Below are positions 29,901-40,747 of a stretch of 64,000 nt of DNA, in pieces (within the stretch, counting starts at the first letter, position 1; every line of letters begins with the position of its first letter). The stretch comes from Camelus ferus. Lineage: Eukaryota. The stretch is from the NCBI RefSeq assembly GCF_009834535.1, contig NC_045696.1, positions 89,034,001-89,098,000 on the forward strand, in the 5' to 3' direction. The notes beneath the pieces are model-generated. The model searched no databases. It was not told the origin of the DNA and saw only the letters and a list, made by a program, of their open reading frames with translations. A program made the position numbers and the translations under genes.

Positions 29901-32900
29901 ACATAGTGACTTACTAGGAACTCACTAAAATGGTCAACTGATGAAATTTTGAACGATTTCAAATATTAGAAATGCCAACTGAAGAACCTACTAAATACTG
30001 TAAAAAAGTTTATCTTTATGGACTTCTAAAATTTAGTGCTTTTTAATATTAAAAATAAATTTTTACTTTAGCTGAATTTAGATCACTTAGGCTGTTAATC
30101 ACTATCACTGGCCAAACAATCATTTTATTCAAGTAATCACTTATGTCTTAGATGATGATATTATGATGTCTCTAAGTTCCTGGCCTCCCAAACCACAGCT
30201 AGGTTTTAAGATAAACATTATTTAGCAGGAGATAAATAAAAACTATATTCTTACTTACCTTCAAATGCTTTAAATCTCTAATGCAGGAGTCTAAGATTTT
30301 GATAAGTAACTAAATGAAAATCCATAGAACCACTGCCACTTTCCCTCAAACTTTTAAATAGGGCGTCATTATTTCTATCTAGTCCAATCCCTGTTTCTTC
30401 TAAAAGGTGAGTTCCTAAGGTTCTTATCTGTAAGTTTAATCAAATGGAACTGAATTTGTTAACTTAGAAAGTTTCTCTGGTGTTAAAAATGATTTAAACA
30501 ATGTAACTGTTAAGATGACACAAAAAGGTTGAGATTATTATGAGGACAAATGGCTTAAGCATCCCAGGTACTTCAGAAGCACATATTTAATATAAAGTTG
30601 ACAATTTAAAATTACTCTCATCTACTTCTTTTTGAGGTTGTTACTTTACTTAGCTTCCTTTATTACTGAATATGTACAAAGAGGGTGTACCAAGGAAAAA
30701 ATTACCTTTACAAGGGTTAAAATGCAGTCTATTTAATTTTGATCAGTCTTTGCACAGGTATAAAACTTTGATTGCCCCAGAGTGATAGTAAATAGCAAAT
30801 AATAAACAAAAGAAAAACACAAGTATATGTTCTTACAAAATGGCATGACTATCAAATTTAGTATTATAAAGGGGTATAACTTTTTAACCCATAATTAACC
30901 AAATAAAATCCCAGAATTATGAAAAGTCCATAAAACAGTTAAATTTGATTAAAACATACACACAAAGGTTTAATTCCACATTTATATAAATGCAAATCTT
31001 ACTTAGAAATATAACTGCTGATGATTTCCCAATATCCATTTTTAAGTTTGGGTTAAAGAAGTATTATGAATGAACTGGTAACAAAAGAGATTAAGTCATC
31101 TCAGAATGGTATTTCTTTATTTTGTACATATACTATACATGTCTACAAGTAATATTTTCTTTTAAAAAATAGTTAAAGAATAGACTAAAATGGAAATATG
31201 AGCTAACATTTTATGAGTTTCTTACTGGGAATACGCAGTCATACTAATAAAACTTTTAGTATCAAATCAAAATTCCCAAGTTAGTTTAAAACCAGTAGCA
31301 CTGACGCTAAGAGTATTAGCAGCTATTTCTACATCACAATACTGTTTTGCTCTTATTATACCCTTGGTGATTGTGGATAGGACAAAGGAAAAGATAGATA
31401 GCCTCTAATCAAAATAGAATGTTAGTATGTATGACAAAGCCATGTTTTACACTAAAGACTTTTTTGAAAGGTAAAACAGAGAGAAGATAAGGAATTTTTC
31501 TTACCAAGCAACTAAGTGTTAAAAAAGGTTAAATTAAGTTAGCTAGATGCTCAGGTAAATTTGTCAAACACTAAGAATGGTTTTTTTTTTGGTTATCAGT
31601 GGGGTAAGTGGGTGGGAAAGGATAAATTGGGAGTTTGAGATTTGCAGATACTAATTACTGTATACAAAATAGATAAACAACAAGTTTTTACTGTACAGCA
31701 CAGGTAACTATATTCAATATCTTGTAGTAATGTATAATGAAAAAGAATATGAAAAGGAATATATGTATGCACATATATGACTGAACTATTTCAGAAATTG
31801 ACACATTTTAAACTGACTATATCTTCAATTAGAAAAAAGTAGTTTTTTCTTTTCTTTTTTGGAGTATATAATGTTAGTTGAGATTACGAATAAAAACAAA
31901 AGTAAAGGAAAAAGACTATTAAAAGAGTGAATCTCATTTAAAATGTTATCTTAAAGAGAAATACAAACAGAAACCATAAATAGTTGCTATATCCCTGTCA
32001 CGCTGAAGCAGCACAATAATATTGGTGTTTAATATTTATTTCACTACGCCAATATTTACGTGCTGCTAGAGCGGAACAAGTATGTCAGTCCATCCAAAAA
32101 TAAAATAAGCATATGATGAAAATACAGTTTTGAATGAATTTCCTTAAATTTCTAGAGCAGCAAATAATGATTCGCATCTTTACTGTAGTATGTAAACCAT
32201 GATGTGCTGCTACAGTACTTTAAGGCCTCAAAAATACAGGATTCATCCAACAGGGGAAACCTCCTTGAACTTTACTGAAACAAACAAACAAACAAACAAA
32301 CAAACAAAAAACCAAGAATGAGAGCACTTTTAATTTCTTTAATATTACCTGTAAGATTAAAAATCTATTATGGTCCAGGTCAATTCCATGGCTTCGAAGA
32401 AGATTTCCAACATCCTTAAATGTCTTCTTCTTTCCACTTATGTGATAAACAGAAGTATTATCTCTGTAGGCCGTTCTGGATACATAGAAGTTACTGTTAG
32501 GAACGACTTCATAATCATCCCCTTCCTGTTTTGAGGAAAAACAAAACCAGAAAACAATTGTTGGTATTAAGGCATAGGTTTGCTCCAAATTTCCCTCACC
32601 TCATATTGAAACCAATTCTATGGATTAAAAACTTCAATTGAACATGCACATAAACTAACAATGGTTCTTAGAAATAATTATTCTTAGAAATAATTTTCCA
32701 AATTCTTTGATGCTTTCCTCATAGATCACAGAAACCAAAAAGTCTAAGCAAACAAAAAGAAAACATCCCACTTTCAAGCCTAAAAACATATTTGACTGAG
32801 GAAAGAACTGATGAAAGAGGACAAGACTCCCACCATATCCAAAACAAACCCACCCAAATTATTAAACCACGTTGACAGATTACCAGTCCATTAAAAAATA

Positions 32901-33326
32901 ATAAAAAAAGCTGTAAGAGATCATTCAAGGAAAAAGGAAAGAAGGTGGTGAAGTAGTAGGGTGATATGGCTTAGGTTTTTCTTTCTTTCTTTTTTGGTGA
33001 AGAACATGTCATTAATTGAAGGTAAAAAAAAAAAACTGCAAAGAATTGACAACTACATTCCCCTGTTTTTAAAATCAAACAAAATTAAAAAAAAAATGAA
33101 GTGCAAACCTGCTTTATTACTAAAAATCGCTTTCCTTTAAAAGCTGTCATTTTGAAATCATGGCTTTTAAAATTTACACAAAGCAAGTGTAATTAACAGG
33201 GTATGGAATCAAGTCTGATTTACTGGCAATCTATCTTCCAACCCAAAGTGTACGATAAAAAAGCACTAAGAAACAAAATTCAAATATATACCACCATGTA
33301 GATTTAATTAAAGCACTTTATATTAA

Positions 33327-33357
<31 letters not shown>

Positions 33358-35947
33358 GACCAAGAGGCCAAATCACATCCTTGTTTCATTATGTAATTAG
33401 TTTTTTACACTTTTAGGTTCCAGCCAGCCATTTTCGAACCATGAATTTCCAAAGTTAATTATTAAACATAAGAGGAAAAAACCCAGTATCAACAGAGTCA
33501 TGTAAATAATCTACATAGATATTTTACCTGTAATTGTCTGCTTTTCTAGCAAACAAACATGTTAGCTTATCCTTCCCCTATTTTAAGAGTAGTTAGTTCA
33601 AACGGAAGCAAAGCTTTTTCATATTACATGTACACAGAACTACTAATAACATTAAATTTAATGTAAATTGAAATAATGGTAAAATTAGTCAACTGTTAAA
33701 TTATGTGATTTATCTGAAAGCAATAAAAAACATAACTTTTAGAAAAACGAACCCTAAATTTATAGTAAAAGAATGCCTACTTGGTAACAGGATACTAAAT
33801 CTGCTCAGTGTTTTTATTCCAAAAAGGTAAGCATTATTATGAGCTACTTGTAATTCATTTTCCTGGCTTAAAAAAATAATATTTTAAGTTTAACAGCCAT
33901 TACCACCACTCCTCAAAAAGAAAATATGGTTATGGAGGTAATAAAACCAATTACTGGTTCTGCTTTAACCATATGCTAATTTTTACAAGCCAATTTAAGC
34001 CAAAAATAATAAAATGTGCAATGTATTGAAATCCTTCGTGTTCCCTACTTGAAGTTGCAAATAACTAAATAAAGTCCCTTACCTTATCAATTATCTTTTG
34101 AAAATGAACTTCTACAGTACAACTCTGAATATCCTTGTGTTCATCAGAATTGTGTATTAATACCGAGAGTTTTTTAGATCTTATTTTTTGTGCTCGATAG
34201 CCAAATACAAAAAGCATAGAATCAATAACATTGGATTTGCCACTGCCATTTGGCCCAATAATACAGGAAAAGCGCTGCATAAAAAGAACAGGGAAAAAAA
34301 GGTTAAAAAGGTCATACTACCAATTTTAACTTAAGCTGTTTTTTTCTTTACTCGCAGCAAAACTTCAAGTATTTATAAGTTTTCATTGCTAAAAGACAGC
34401 AGTTTTCATACATCATGTTCTCTACCACAAGCTTCAACACCTTAAATATGGCTATATTTTAATTCTAACAGACTTTTTATAAAATTCATTCTTACAGTCA
34501 GAGAACATACTCCTTTTGAACAAAAAACCCCCACCAATTGTATTCAGTGAGGAAAATTTAGAGATACGAAAGATAATCAGATAAACAAAAGCTAATTTCA
34601 GTTGTTAAAAGCATATGAAACACACCGTATATGTATCAATCGGAATAAATACAATAGCTACAAAATCGAAACATTTTGTAATAAAGACTAATCACCTTGC
34701 AACAGTTATTTAAAATGGTCAAATACCTTATGAAAAGGTCCCAGAATTTTTTCCCCAGCATAGGATTTGAAGTTCTGGTTTACAATATGAGTTATCATAA
34801 GCCGAGGAGCTCCAGCTTCATTGGTCATTGCTGGAGGCGGGGGAGGAGGGATGCTATTCAAAATCTCTTCTAAACTTCTATTATCAATTTCCTCACTTGG
34901 AGTCTCTAAGTCAGTCAAAGGAAAGGGAAGGCAAGGGAAAAAAGCCTGTATTAGTGCAATTAGTTGGGAGGACTGCTGCCTGTTCATCTCTGGAGAGCTG
35001 TTATTTATGAAACTTAGGAATCTGTATTTCCCGCTCAAATACAGGGGTGAGAACTCACAGGGATGAGAATCTTTCAGCTTGGTTTCATAAAAAAAAATTC
35101 TTGAAAGAAATGCCACCAGTCGCAAAAATCTACAGAAATACACGTTTTAGGGGTCAAAACACCACATCATGAAGCAAATCTGGGAACACCATAACCACTT
35201 GATTCCATGCTGCCTGCCTAAACAGGTGGCTAAATCCTACGGCTCTAGAACCAACGCTCTCCGTATCTTTGAGCACCCTGGAACCTTATCTTCGGATACT
35301 CAAGAGCCCCTACGACACTGTCGCAGGGGTTCCAAAATGTCACCCCATTCCCGGACTCACAAAAGCTGCAGTAGTTTCGAGTAAATTACCATCTCTTTAA
35401 ACGCAATTTAAGACCACGGAGAAGTTAGGATCAAACAACTTTCCATCATACTAACATACAGTCACGCTGACTGAAAAAAAGTCCACTGGCTACAGGCTAT
35501 GTCTATTTCCGCAGAAACACAAGACAATAAACAGAAATTCATAATTGAAGTTTCTATTCGCACCCCCATCCCCTCCAACACCGTTACACCGAAATTGCAC
35601 GTAGTCTAACGTAAAAATCGCCAAATCGCTTTCTTGAGCTGCTCTACCCGACCGACGCGCTACCTTCAGACGTCAACCCCGAAGCCCCGCTCGTTCGCGC
35701 CCAAGAACACCAGCCAGTCCTGGGTGGCGCGCGGACGCACTAGGGTATCCCACGCACGCATCAGGGTATCCCACGCACTTGCCCGTCGCGTCGCGAAGGG
35801 TTACTCACCTGCGGTGGCAGGCGCCGGGCTCCCCGCGCGGCCGGGCGGCGGTTCGGGCTCCATGTCGCTGCTGGTGCCGTCCGGAGACTGCGGCGGCCCT
35901 TCCTCTCTGCGCCGGGCAGTGGAGGGCTGGGTGCCTTTACGGGGCAT
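2733..35947 (-). CDS. SMC4: Structural maintenance of chromosomes protein 4 (condensin subunit), complete spliced CDS, 23 coding exons, 1288 aa
   Basis: ATG at 35947-35945 ([10 protein letters not shown]), Walker [10 protein letters not shown], hinge, signature LSGGEKT, Walker B/D-loop MDEIDAALD, stop TAA 2735-2733 after KGLC. All introns are GT-AG; exon lengths sum to 3867 nt with consistent phases. Confidence 0.99.
3321..3504 (-). CDS. SMC4: SMC4 exon 23 (signature motif, Walker B)
   Basis: [21 protein letters not shown]...MDEIDAALD. Confidence 0.98.
4040..4272 (-). CDS. SMC4: SMC4 exon 22
   Basis: [10 protein letters not shown]...DPFSEGIMF. Confidence 0.97.
4418..4600 (-). CDS. SMC4: SMC4 exon 21
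   Basis: [11 protein letters not shown]...EYKKK. Confidence 0.96.
5048..5221 (-). CDS. SMC4: SMC4 exon 20
   Basis: ESLPEIQKE...YWQKE. Confidence 0.96.
5498..5642 (-). CDS. SMC4: SMC4 exon 19
   Basis: RNLKKAQD...NAAE. Confidence 0.96.
6763..6952 (-). CDS. SMC4: SMC4 exon 18
   Basis: [11 protein letters not shown]...IKTAD. Confidence 0.96.
8233..8345 (-). mobile_element. tRNA-derived SINE (Vic-1-like)
   Basis: Reverse A/B-box head, AT-rich tail, 9-bp TSD CCATCTATT (8224, 8346). Confidence 0.8.
9185..9650 (+). mobile_element. L2 LINE 3' fragment
   Basis: Typical L2 3'-end motifs ending ...TACTTGAGTGAATG. Confidence 0.6.
9765..9885 (+). mobile_element. MIR SINE fragment
   Basis: Core GCTGTGTGACCTTGGGCAA...TCTCAGTTTTCTTATCTGT. 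Confidence 0.7.
10072..10198 (-). CDS. SMC4: SMC4 exon 17
   Basis: RLSEQEEY...SAFKT. Confidence 0.95.
11295..11447 (-). CDS. SMC4: SMC4 exon 16
   Basis: VNKMELQ...TASIQ. Confidence 0.95.
11995..12074 (-). CDS. SMC4: SMC4 exon 15
   Basis: GTMTGGGSK...SEEE. Confidence 0.95.
12159..12384 (-). CDS. SMC4: SMC4 exon 14
   Basis: MAVWAKK...[14 protein letters not shown]. Confidence 0.97.
12590..14185 (+). mobile_element. Old L1 (L1MB-like), ORF2 3' part and 3'UTR, with deletions
   Basis: ORF2 remnant [14 protein letters not shown]; 3' end TTGTGAATTATATCTCAGTAAA. Confidence 0.85.
14395..15240 (+). mobile_element. Younger L1 3' fragment with internal A-run (14882-14907)
   Basis: ORF2 C-terminal motifs (CCATATGATCCAGCAATCC, CCCAATGTTCATAGCAGCA), 3'UTR and A-rich end. 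Confidence 0.9.
15850..17125 (-). mobile_element. L1 3' fragment in antisense, related to the 14395-15240 copy
   Basis: Reverse-complement ORF2 end and 3'UTR with T-rich tail at the left. Confidence 0.9.
17376..17537 (-). CDS. SMC4: SMC4 exon 13
   Basis: [11 protein letters not shown]...FIGLDK (hinge). Confidence 0.96.
18763..18948 (-). CDS. SMC4: SMC4 exon 12
   Basis: KEKELQKL...GIYGRL (hinge start). Confidence 0.96.
20377..20610 (-). CDS. SMC4: SMC4 exon 11
   Basis: [11 protein letters not shown]...ELKE. Confidence 0.96.
21706..21890 (+). mobile_element. tRNA-derived SINE (Vic-1-like)
   Basis: GGGGGAGGGTATAGCTCAAGTG...GAGTTCAATTC head followed by an A-rich tail. Confidence 0.85.
21996..22160 (-). 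CDS. SMC4: SMC4 exon 10
   Basis: [10 protein letters not shown]...QKEKE. Confidence 0.95.
23544..23694 (-). CDS. SMC4: SMC4 exon 9
   Basis: KLNKITKF...KDKEK. Confidence 0.95.
24360..24500 (-). CDS. SMC4: SMC4 exon 8
   Basis: [11 protein letters not shown]...; phase consistent. Confidence 0.95.
25023..25150 (-). CDS. SMC4: SMC4 exon 7
   Basis: [12 protein letters not shown]...; ag/gt boundaries. Confidence 0.95.
25423..25587 (-). CDS. SMC4: SMC4 exon 6
   Basis: [12 protein letters not shown]...RGEK. Confidence 0.96.
27230..27448 (-). mobile_element. MER20-like hAT-Charlie DNA transposon
   Basis: ~220 bp resembling MER20; terminal CAGTGATTCTCA on the minus strand; TCTAG-containing flanks on both sides. 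Confidence 0.8.
31590..31837 (+). mobile_element. L1 3'UTR fragment ~160 bp downstream of miR-16-2
   Basis: Closely similar to 14970-15210 (GGATAAATTGGGAGTT...GCAGATACTAA). Confidence 0.85.
31997..32077 (-). ncRNA. MIR16-2: pre-miR-16-2 (5p arm 32068-32047, 3p arm 32025-32004)
   Basis: Exact mature UAGCAGCACGUAAAUAUUGGCG with complementary 3p arm, clustered just downstream of miR-15b. Confidence 0.99.
32134..32231 (-). ncRNA. MIR15B: pre-miR-15b (5p arm 32212-32191, 3p arm 32174-32153)
   Basis: Exact mature UAGCAGCACAUCAUGGUUUACA and 3p CGAAUCAUUAUUUGCUGCUCUA forming a hairpin in SMC4 intron 5. Confidence 0.99.
32278..32308. repeat. (AAAC)n microsatellite
   Basis: About 7 tandem AAAC units between SMC4 exon 5 and miR-15b. 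Confidence 0.9.
32349..32525 (-). CDS. SMC4: SMC4 exon 5
   Basis: EGDDYEVV...RFLILQ (Q-loop). Confidence 0.97.
33327..33353. repeat. (AAT)n microsatellite
   Basis: About 9 tandem AAT units. Confidence 0.9.
34083..34274 (-). CDS. SMC4: SMC4 exon 4 (Walker A)
   Basis: [15 protein letters not shown]...IIDK. Confidence 0.98.
34727..34905 (-). CDS. SMC4: SMC4 exon 3
   Basis: [11 protein letters not shown]...GPFHK; ag/gt boundaries. Confidence 0.97.
35809..35947 (-). CDS. SMC4: SMC4 exon 2 coding part (exon starts at 35952)
   Basis: cccag|CGACT ATG; MPRKGTQ...PATA; G|gtgag donor. Confidence 0.96.
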
Positions 35948-37081
35948 AGTCGCTGGGACCGAGGAAGAGCCGGCAGCAAGTCAGCCTGCGGGTCACAGGA
36001 CCGTCCCGGTGCATTCCCCGCCGGCCCCGCGGTGGGACTGGCTCAGACCCCACCCTACCCGACTCGGATAAAACTCGGTCCACTTGTACTCGAGAGCCCC
36101 GTTTTAAAACCCTGCTCAACGCCAGCGGGTCCTCAAGAAAGAAGGCACCAAAAACTCAAGTGCCAAGAAGGGGGATCCATTTTCTTAAGTCCTAAGCAAG
36201 TGGGAAAACCTAGACATGCTTGGAGATGACTCAAGGATAGAGCAACAGCTTAGGTTCTCTTTTATTTTTTAATGCCCCCCCCGCTGTCCGCCCACAGTAT
36301 ACGTATACAGGAATATTCTAATATAATTTCTAAACTAAGTAATTCCCATACGCTGGCATTTACTGATATTCCCACGCTCTCGGGGCTAGGGATGCAAGCT
36401 CACAGAATTTGAGAGGGTCGAGTTCGTATTAACTTTAGGCTTCAGGGGCTATCGACTCTTCCAACAGCAGCGAAGAACTAACGGGCGGCTCGCCGCCCAC
36501 TTTCCTCTACCCGCCATTAACTCTTGGCGCCGCTGACGGCCTGGGGGCTTTGCGGTCTCCTCTACAGTCCGACCAGGACCGGCGCCTGGAGGCTGGGGTC
36601 GACACTCGCGACTTTCAAGTCAGAAGCCGACAGCGCCTGCTCGGGTTCAGCCATCTGGGGTGGCAGGGATCTGTCCCTCAGGGATCCGCGGCGGAATCCC
36701 GTTGGACAACTACGAAAGGTCAGTAGTAAGGGCTCAGACCCGGTGATTACTCCCTTGGGAGATGAGAGAACGGGCAGGGGGCGACGGTAGGGTCCGACAG
36801 GGACCAAGATTTCTGAGAAGAGGTCCGCGAGGCTTAGAGCCCCTCCCGTCCCTCGAGCGACGCTTAAGCAGCTCAGAGAAGTGGCGCCGGGGAGAAGCGC
36901 GCGGAGCCCCGACTGCCGGGGAGCGGCCCAGGGGGGGAGGGGTGACAGTAGCGAAATCTCCCAGCGGCAGCCTCAGCCCAGACTTCGGCTGCTCCAGCTC
37001 AAGGCCTCTACTTCCCAGGCGCCCGCGGACGAGGCAGGAAGTAAGAGTGTGACAACCTGATCAGGAAAAGAAGTACTTTAC

Positions 37082-37200
37082 CTGCGGGACAGTCCACTCA
37101 AACCAAGGCTGGAAACGGTTGTGTAGCCCCCCCGCTCCTGCCGGTGTTTCGGCTCCGGGTCCTTCACTCGAAAATGGCGCCTAAAATACAAACTCGAACG
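37082..37200 (-). other. SMC4: SMC4 non-coding exon 1 (5' end approximate)
   Basis: Donor CAG|GTAAAG at 37082/37081 inside the CpG island; sequence resembles the mammalian SMC4 5'UTR. Confidence 0.75.
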
Positions 37201-37599
37201 GAAATTCGTTACAAATGCGCGCAATGCTTTCTGGGAACCATTAATTTGAAAAAAATGCGGCGATTATCTCCGCCATTTTCTTGTCGCTTACACGCATGCG
37301 CGGACTCCTGGCGGGACCCCGGCAGCGGACCTTTCTACTAAGTGAAAAAGAAGAGAGAGACAGTGTTTTCTCTGGGGCCTACGGAAGCAGCACTCTTATA
37401 AAAATATTTTTTAAAAATCTTTGCGAGTTTTGAAAAAGATAAAAAAAATAGGGTGGGGTTCCGCCCACTGACGAAGGCAGGACTCAGTCATCCAATAACA
37501 CCCCTTAAGGAGAGGGCGGGCTCGCGTAGGGGCGGGGTCCCAGGCCCGCTCGGGTGACGCGCTGCCGGGAAGTATCGCGGGAAGAGGGAGTGAGCGTAG

Positions 37600-37695
37600 C
37601 TCTTAGAAGTCGCTATGGTGACGGGGAGGTTCGAGGCTTCTTGGTAACGAGTGCCAGCTCTGAGAGCGATTGCCACCGCCTTCCTGGAACTTAAG
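37600..37695 (+). other. IFT80: IFT80 non-coding exon 1 (start approximate)
   Basis: Donor AAG|GTAAAT at 37695/37696 at the edge of the CpG island, divergent from SMC4. Confidence 0.6.
37609..37622. promoter_or_regulatory. X-box (RFX binding site) at the IFT80 5' end
   Basis: GTCGCTATGGTGAC resembles the 14-bp imperfect palindromic X-box; second half-site GGTAAC at 37643-37648. Confidence 0.7.
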
Positions 37696-40600
37696 GTAAA
37701 TCTCTTTACCTCTGAAGAGGTGAGAAAAGGATTTGGAAGTTGTGGCCATTACTTGATCCACGTTCCCTGCTTTGAGGGTGTGTGCAGCGTGGAGAATCAG
37801 TTACTTTCCTTCTCCCTGGCAGCAGTGGGACTCTGGACGTAGCTTTTGGGATGCGAAGGCAGCCTTGGGTTTGGAGGCAGTAAAGGGACAACAAGGAGGA
37901 GACAAGACCTGGATTGGTGAATGATCGTGTAGTGAATAGCAAAATAATAATTTCGAGTTATTGGTGTTAGGTCAGTAGTGTCACTAGTGAAAGGAGGTTT
38001 CAGGCTTTTAAAATCATTTGGCTGAAAGACTCCGTAATGGAAGCTATGTCATCTGGTTATGGGAAAATTATCAATCAGCAAATATTTCTTAAGTAGCTTT
38101 GTATACATTGCACTGTGTCAGGCATAATCAAGACTATTCAGCAAGTATTCCTGTTCTCAGAGAATTTAGTTTTGTTTGTAGGTTTTTAACTAGGAGTTTG
38201 TGGATCTGCTGGTAGGTGATTAGACTTCAGAGACGTTCATACCATCTCTTCACTAACCCTCTGCCCCCGGAATTGTATGAAAAATTCTGTGTGCCTGGGA
38301 ATTTTTCTGGGGAGTTAGTTTTCCTAGAACTTTGATCAGATTCTTAAACGTGGTCCTGACCCCCACAGTGTTAGCCACTGGTTGATTTGACTAACCCAAT
38401 AAGCATTTATTCAGCGACTCTTAAGTACTTGACATTGAGAATGGGGAGCCTCTTTCCCTCTTTTAATTTTTGCATTTTTAGGGCCTGGCATAATAAAACG
38501 CTAATCTGCTTTTTGAACGAACTTACATTACCATTCTAAATAAGTAAGTATGATTTGTGCCCTGAGGAGCATATTCAAGTTCCATGATTCTCAAAAACAG
38601 GTGTGGTGGACACTCCCTCCAAGTGTAAGAATTTGCTGAGGTTGAGAGACTGATGTGGTTTGAGTGAACATTGACTCGATATTACAATATACCTATATAT
38701 TTGAAAAAAATTATTGTTTTTGTAAGATAAACTACAGACAATAAAGCTCAATGAAAAAATTGGCCGGTATGTGTACCAAGAAAATGTAGCAATTCTCTTT
38801 GACAGCATCTGGAATCTTTTGGATTTTCGAAGTCTGTAAAACACTACTAAATCTGAGTTGAAAAGATATTAACGATGAAAAAAAGCAAAGACTAGACCAA
38901 ATTGAGTGGTGTATGTGGAGGACAGAGCACGATTTAGTAGAAAGATATAGCAGATAACAGAATCCCAAATCCTATCATTTTTTAGCCACATGCTTGGACT
39001 ATTTACTCAAGTGATCAATCTCTGAGAGTGTTTATTATAAAACCAGTATATAATACCTACCACATAAGATTGTTTATGATTGTTTGTCTAGCACACACAC
39101 TACAAGCATTTGATATTGCTGTGTTTATGACATTGACCTTATTAGGGTATATGCTGAGGATGACTAATGGGATGTCAAATTTGGAAGAAGGTTAGCTTAT
39201 CAAGAGTCTTGAAAGCTATATAAAGGATGATAGATATGATACGTTTTCAAAATATTAGAAAAATTTTGAGCTAAGGAATGACTTGGTAAACAAACAAAAA
39301 TCCAGTAGTTTTGTAGGATGTGTTAAAAGGGAAGAGATTAATCAGACATGGCTTTGATTATTATTGTACAGTCCTTCATGTGGAAGGTGACAAGTGCCTA
39401 TGCAGTAGAATGGAAAAAATCTGGACACGTTTGGGGTGGAGATCTACAGCTTTTGCAGATTTTAATGGCTAAAAGTCTAAGCCCTTAAAGTCAGTCAGCT
39501 TCTATTCTTTATGAATCCTTGGATTAGTGATGAGGGGATAGGAAGAAAATAAGTCACAAATAAATCCTAGCTTTACTGCCTTTGATGATTGCTGTAAATA
39601 ATGATAGGTCATAATGACTGATGAGAAAGAAATGTAATTTCAATAAATCAATAAAGTGACTGATAGCTTTAGATTTAGCTGAACCTAAACATGCTCCACA
39701 CAGGACAAATATTTTTTCAAATGAGCTTAAACCAGGTTGTATAATGTATAAAAGACATCCATAACAAACTGCTGCAGAGGAGACTTAAATCCAGAGTGAA
39801 AGTAGGGCACTCAGAATAAGTGGAGAAGTGATTTGAGAAAAGATTAGGGTCATAAGAGATAAAGACTTGATTGATCCCTGCCAATACTTTGGATAAAAAG
39901 AAGCTGGTCCAATTGGGATGGACTAGGTTACAATCATCTTGGAAAGTATAACCAAGTCTCATCTTTCTGGTCCAAAATCATCTACTAACAACCATTATTT
40001 TTATTTTCAGGCAGTCTGAGAAGAGAACCCTCACTTTTTATATTTTAAAAAACTGTACCCCACAGGAAGAAATAATAAGTTCAAAGAGAGAAATTGGAAA
40101 TAGAATTAAAATGCCATGTTTGCACTTCTTGAAGTGCATAGTTAAATTTTGTCATCATTATAATATGTTTTTTGTCTGCCTTCTAATGTGGTTACAGAAT
40201 TTCATTAAGTCTGAAATTAATTTGTAGGTAAATGTTTAAAAATATTAATCAAGTTTGTAATTTTAAATATTTGGATTAGTTAGATATTAATAAATCAAGA
40301 TGAATAAATACATATGCCTTTGTATAAGTAATGTATAAATACTTAGAGAATATTGTTCAAGATGAATAAATTAGATGTAGACACAGGACAGATAGTTTTG
40401 AATATTTTTCTTGATAATATAAGCCCCCTAGTACACCAATCTTGTTGAAATTCTCATCTACCTTAACAGAAAAAAAGGGAAGTGAGGAAGTAGAACAATT
40501 TTGGGAGATTGACTGTTTTGAAAAATGAGTTTGTTTTTATTCATATAGTTTGAGATTAGGAAAGATATATACAGTGGGTAGCAGAGGTAGAGAATATTGT

Positions 40601-40747
40601 CAGGAGAGAAAATAGGATGAGATGGAGTTACAAGAATAGTTGGAATACTAAAAATAGATTAGATTTTTAAGGTTGTGAATAAAGAGAGGATAGCAACAGA
40701 GAATGTCCATTCTTAGACTCTAGGAAGAAGAAGTAATTATAGACTTG

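Larger units (their letters stand above)
35600..37700. promoter_or_regulatory. CpG island / SMC4-IFT80 bidirectional promoter
   Basis: Sharp rise in GC and CpG; YY1-like AAAATGGCG 37171 and CGCCATTTT 37271, NRF1-like ACGCATGCGC 37292, CHR-like TTTGAA 37245, CCAAT 37492, GC box 37529. Confidence 0.9.

Noticed and set aside
35634..37676. Many overlapping Pro/Arg/Gly-rich ORFs
   Set aside because: Expected by chance in a CpG island poor in stop codons; only SMC4 exon 2 is supported
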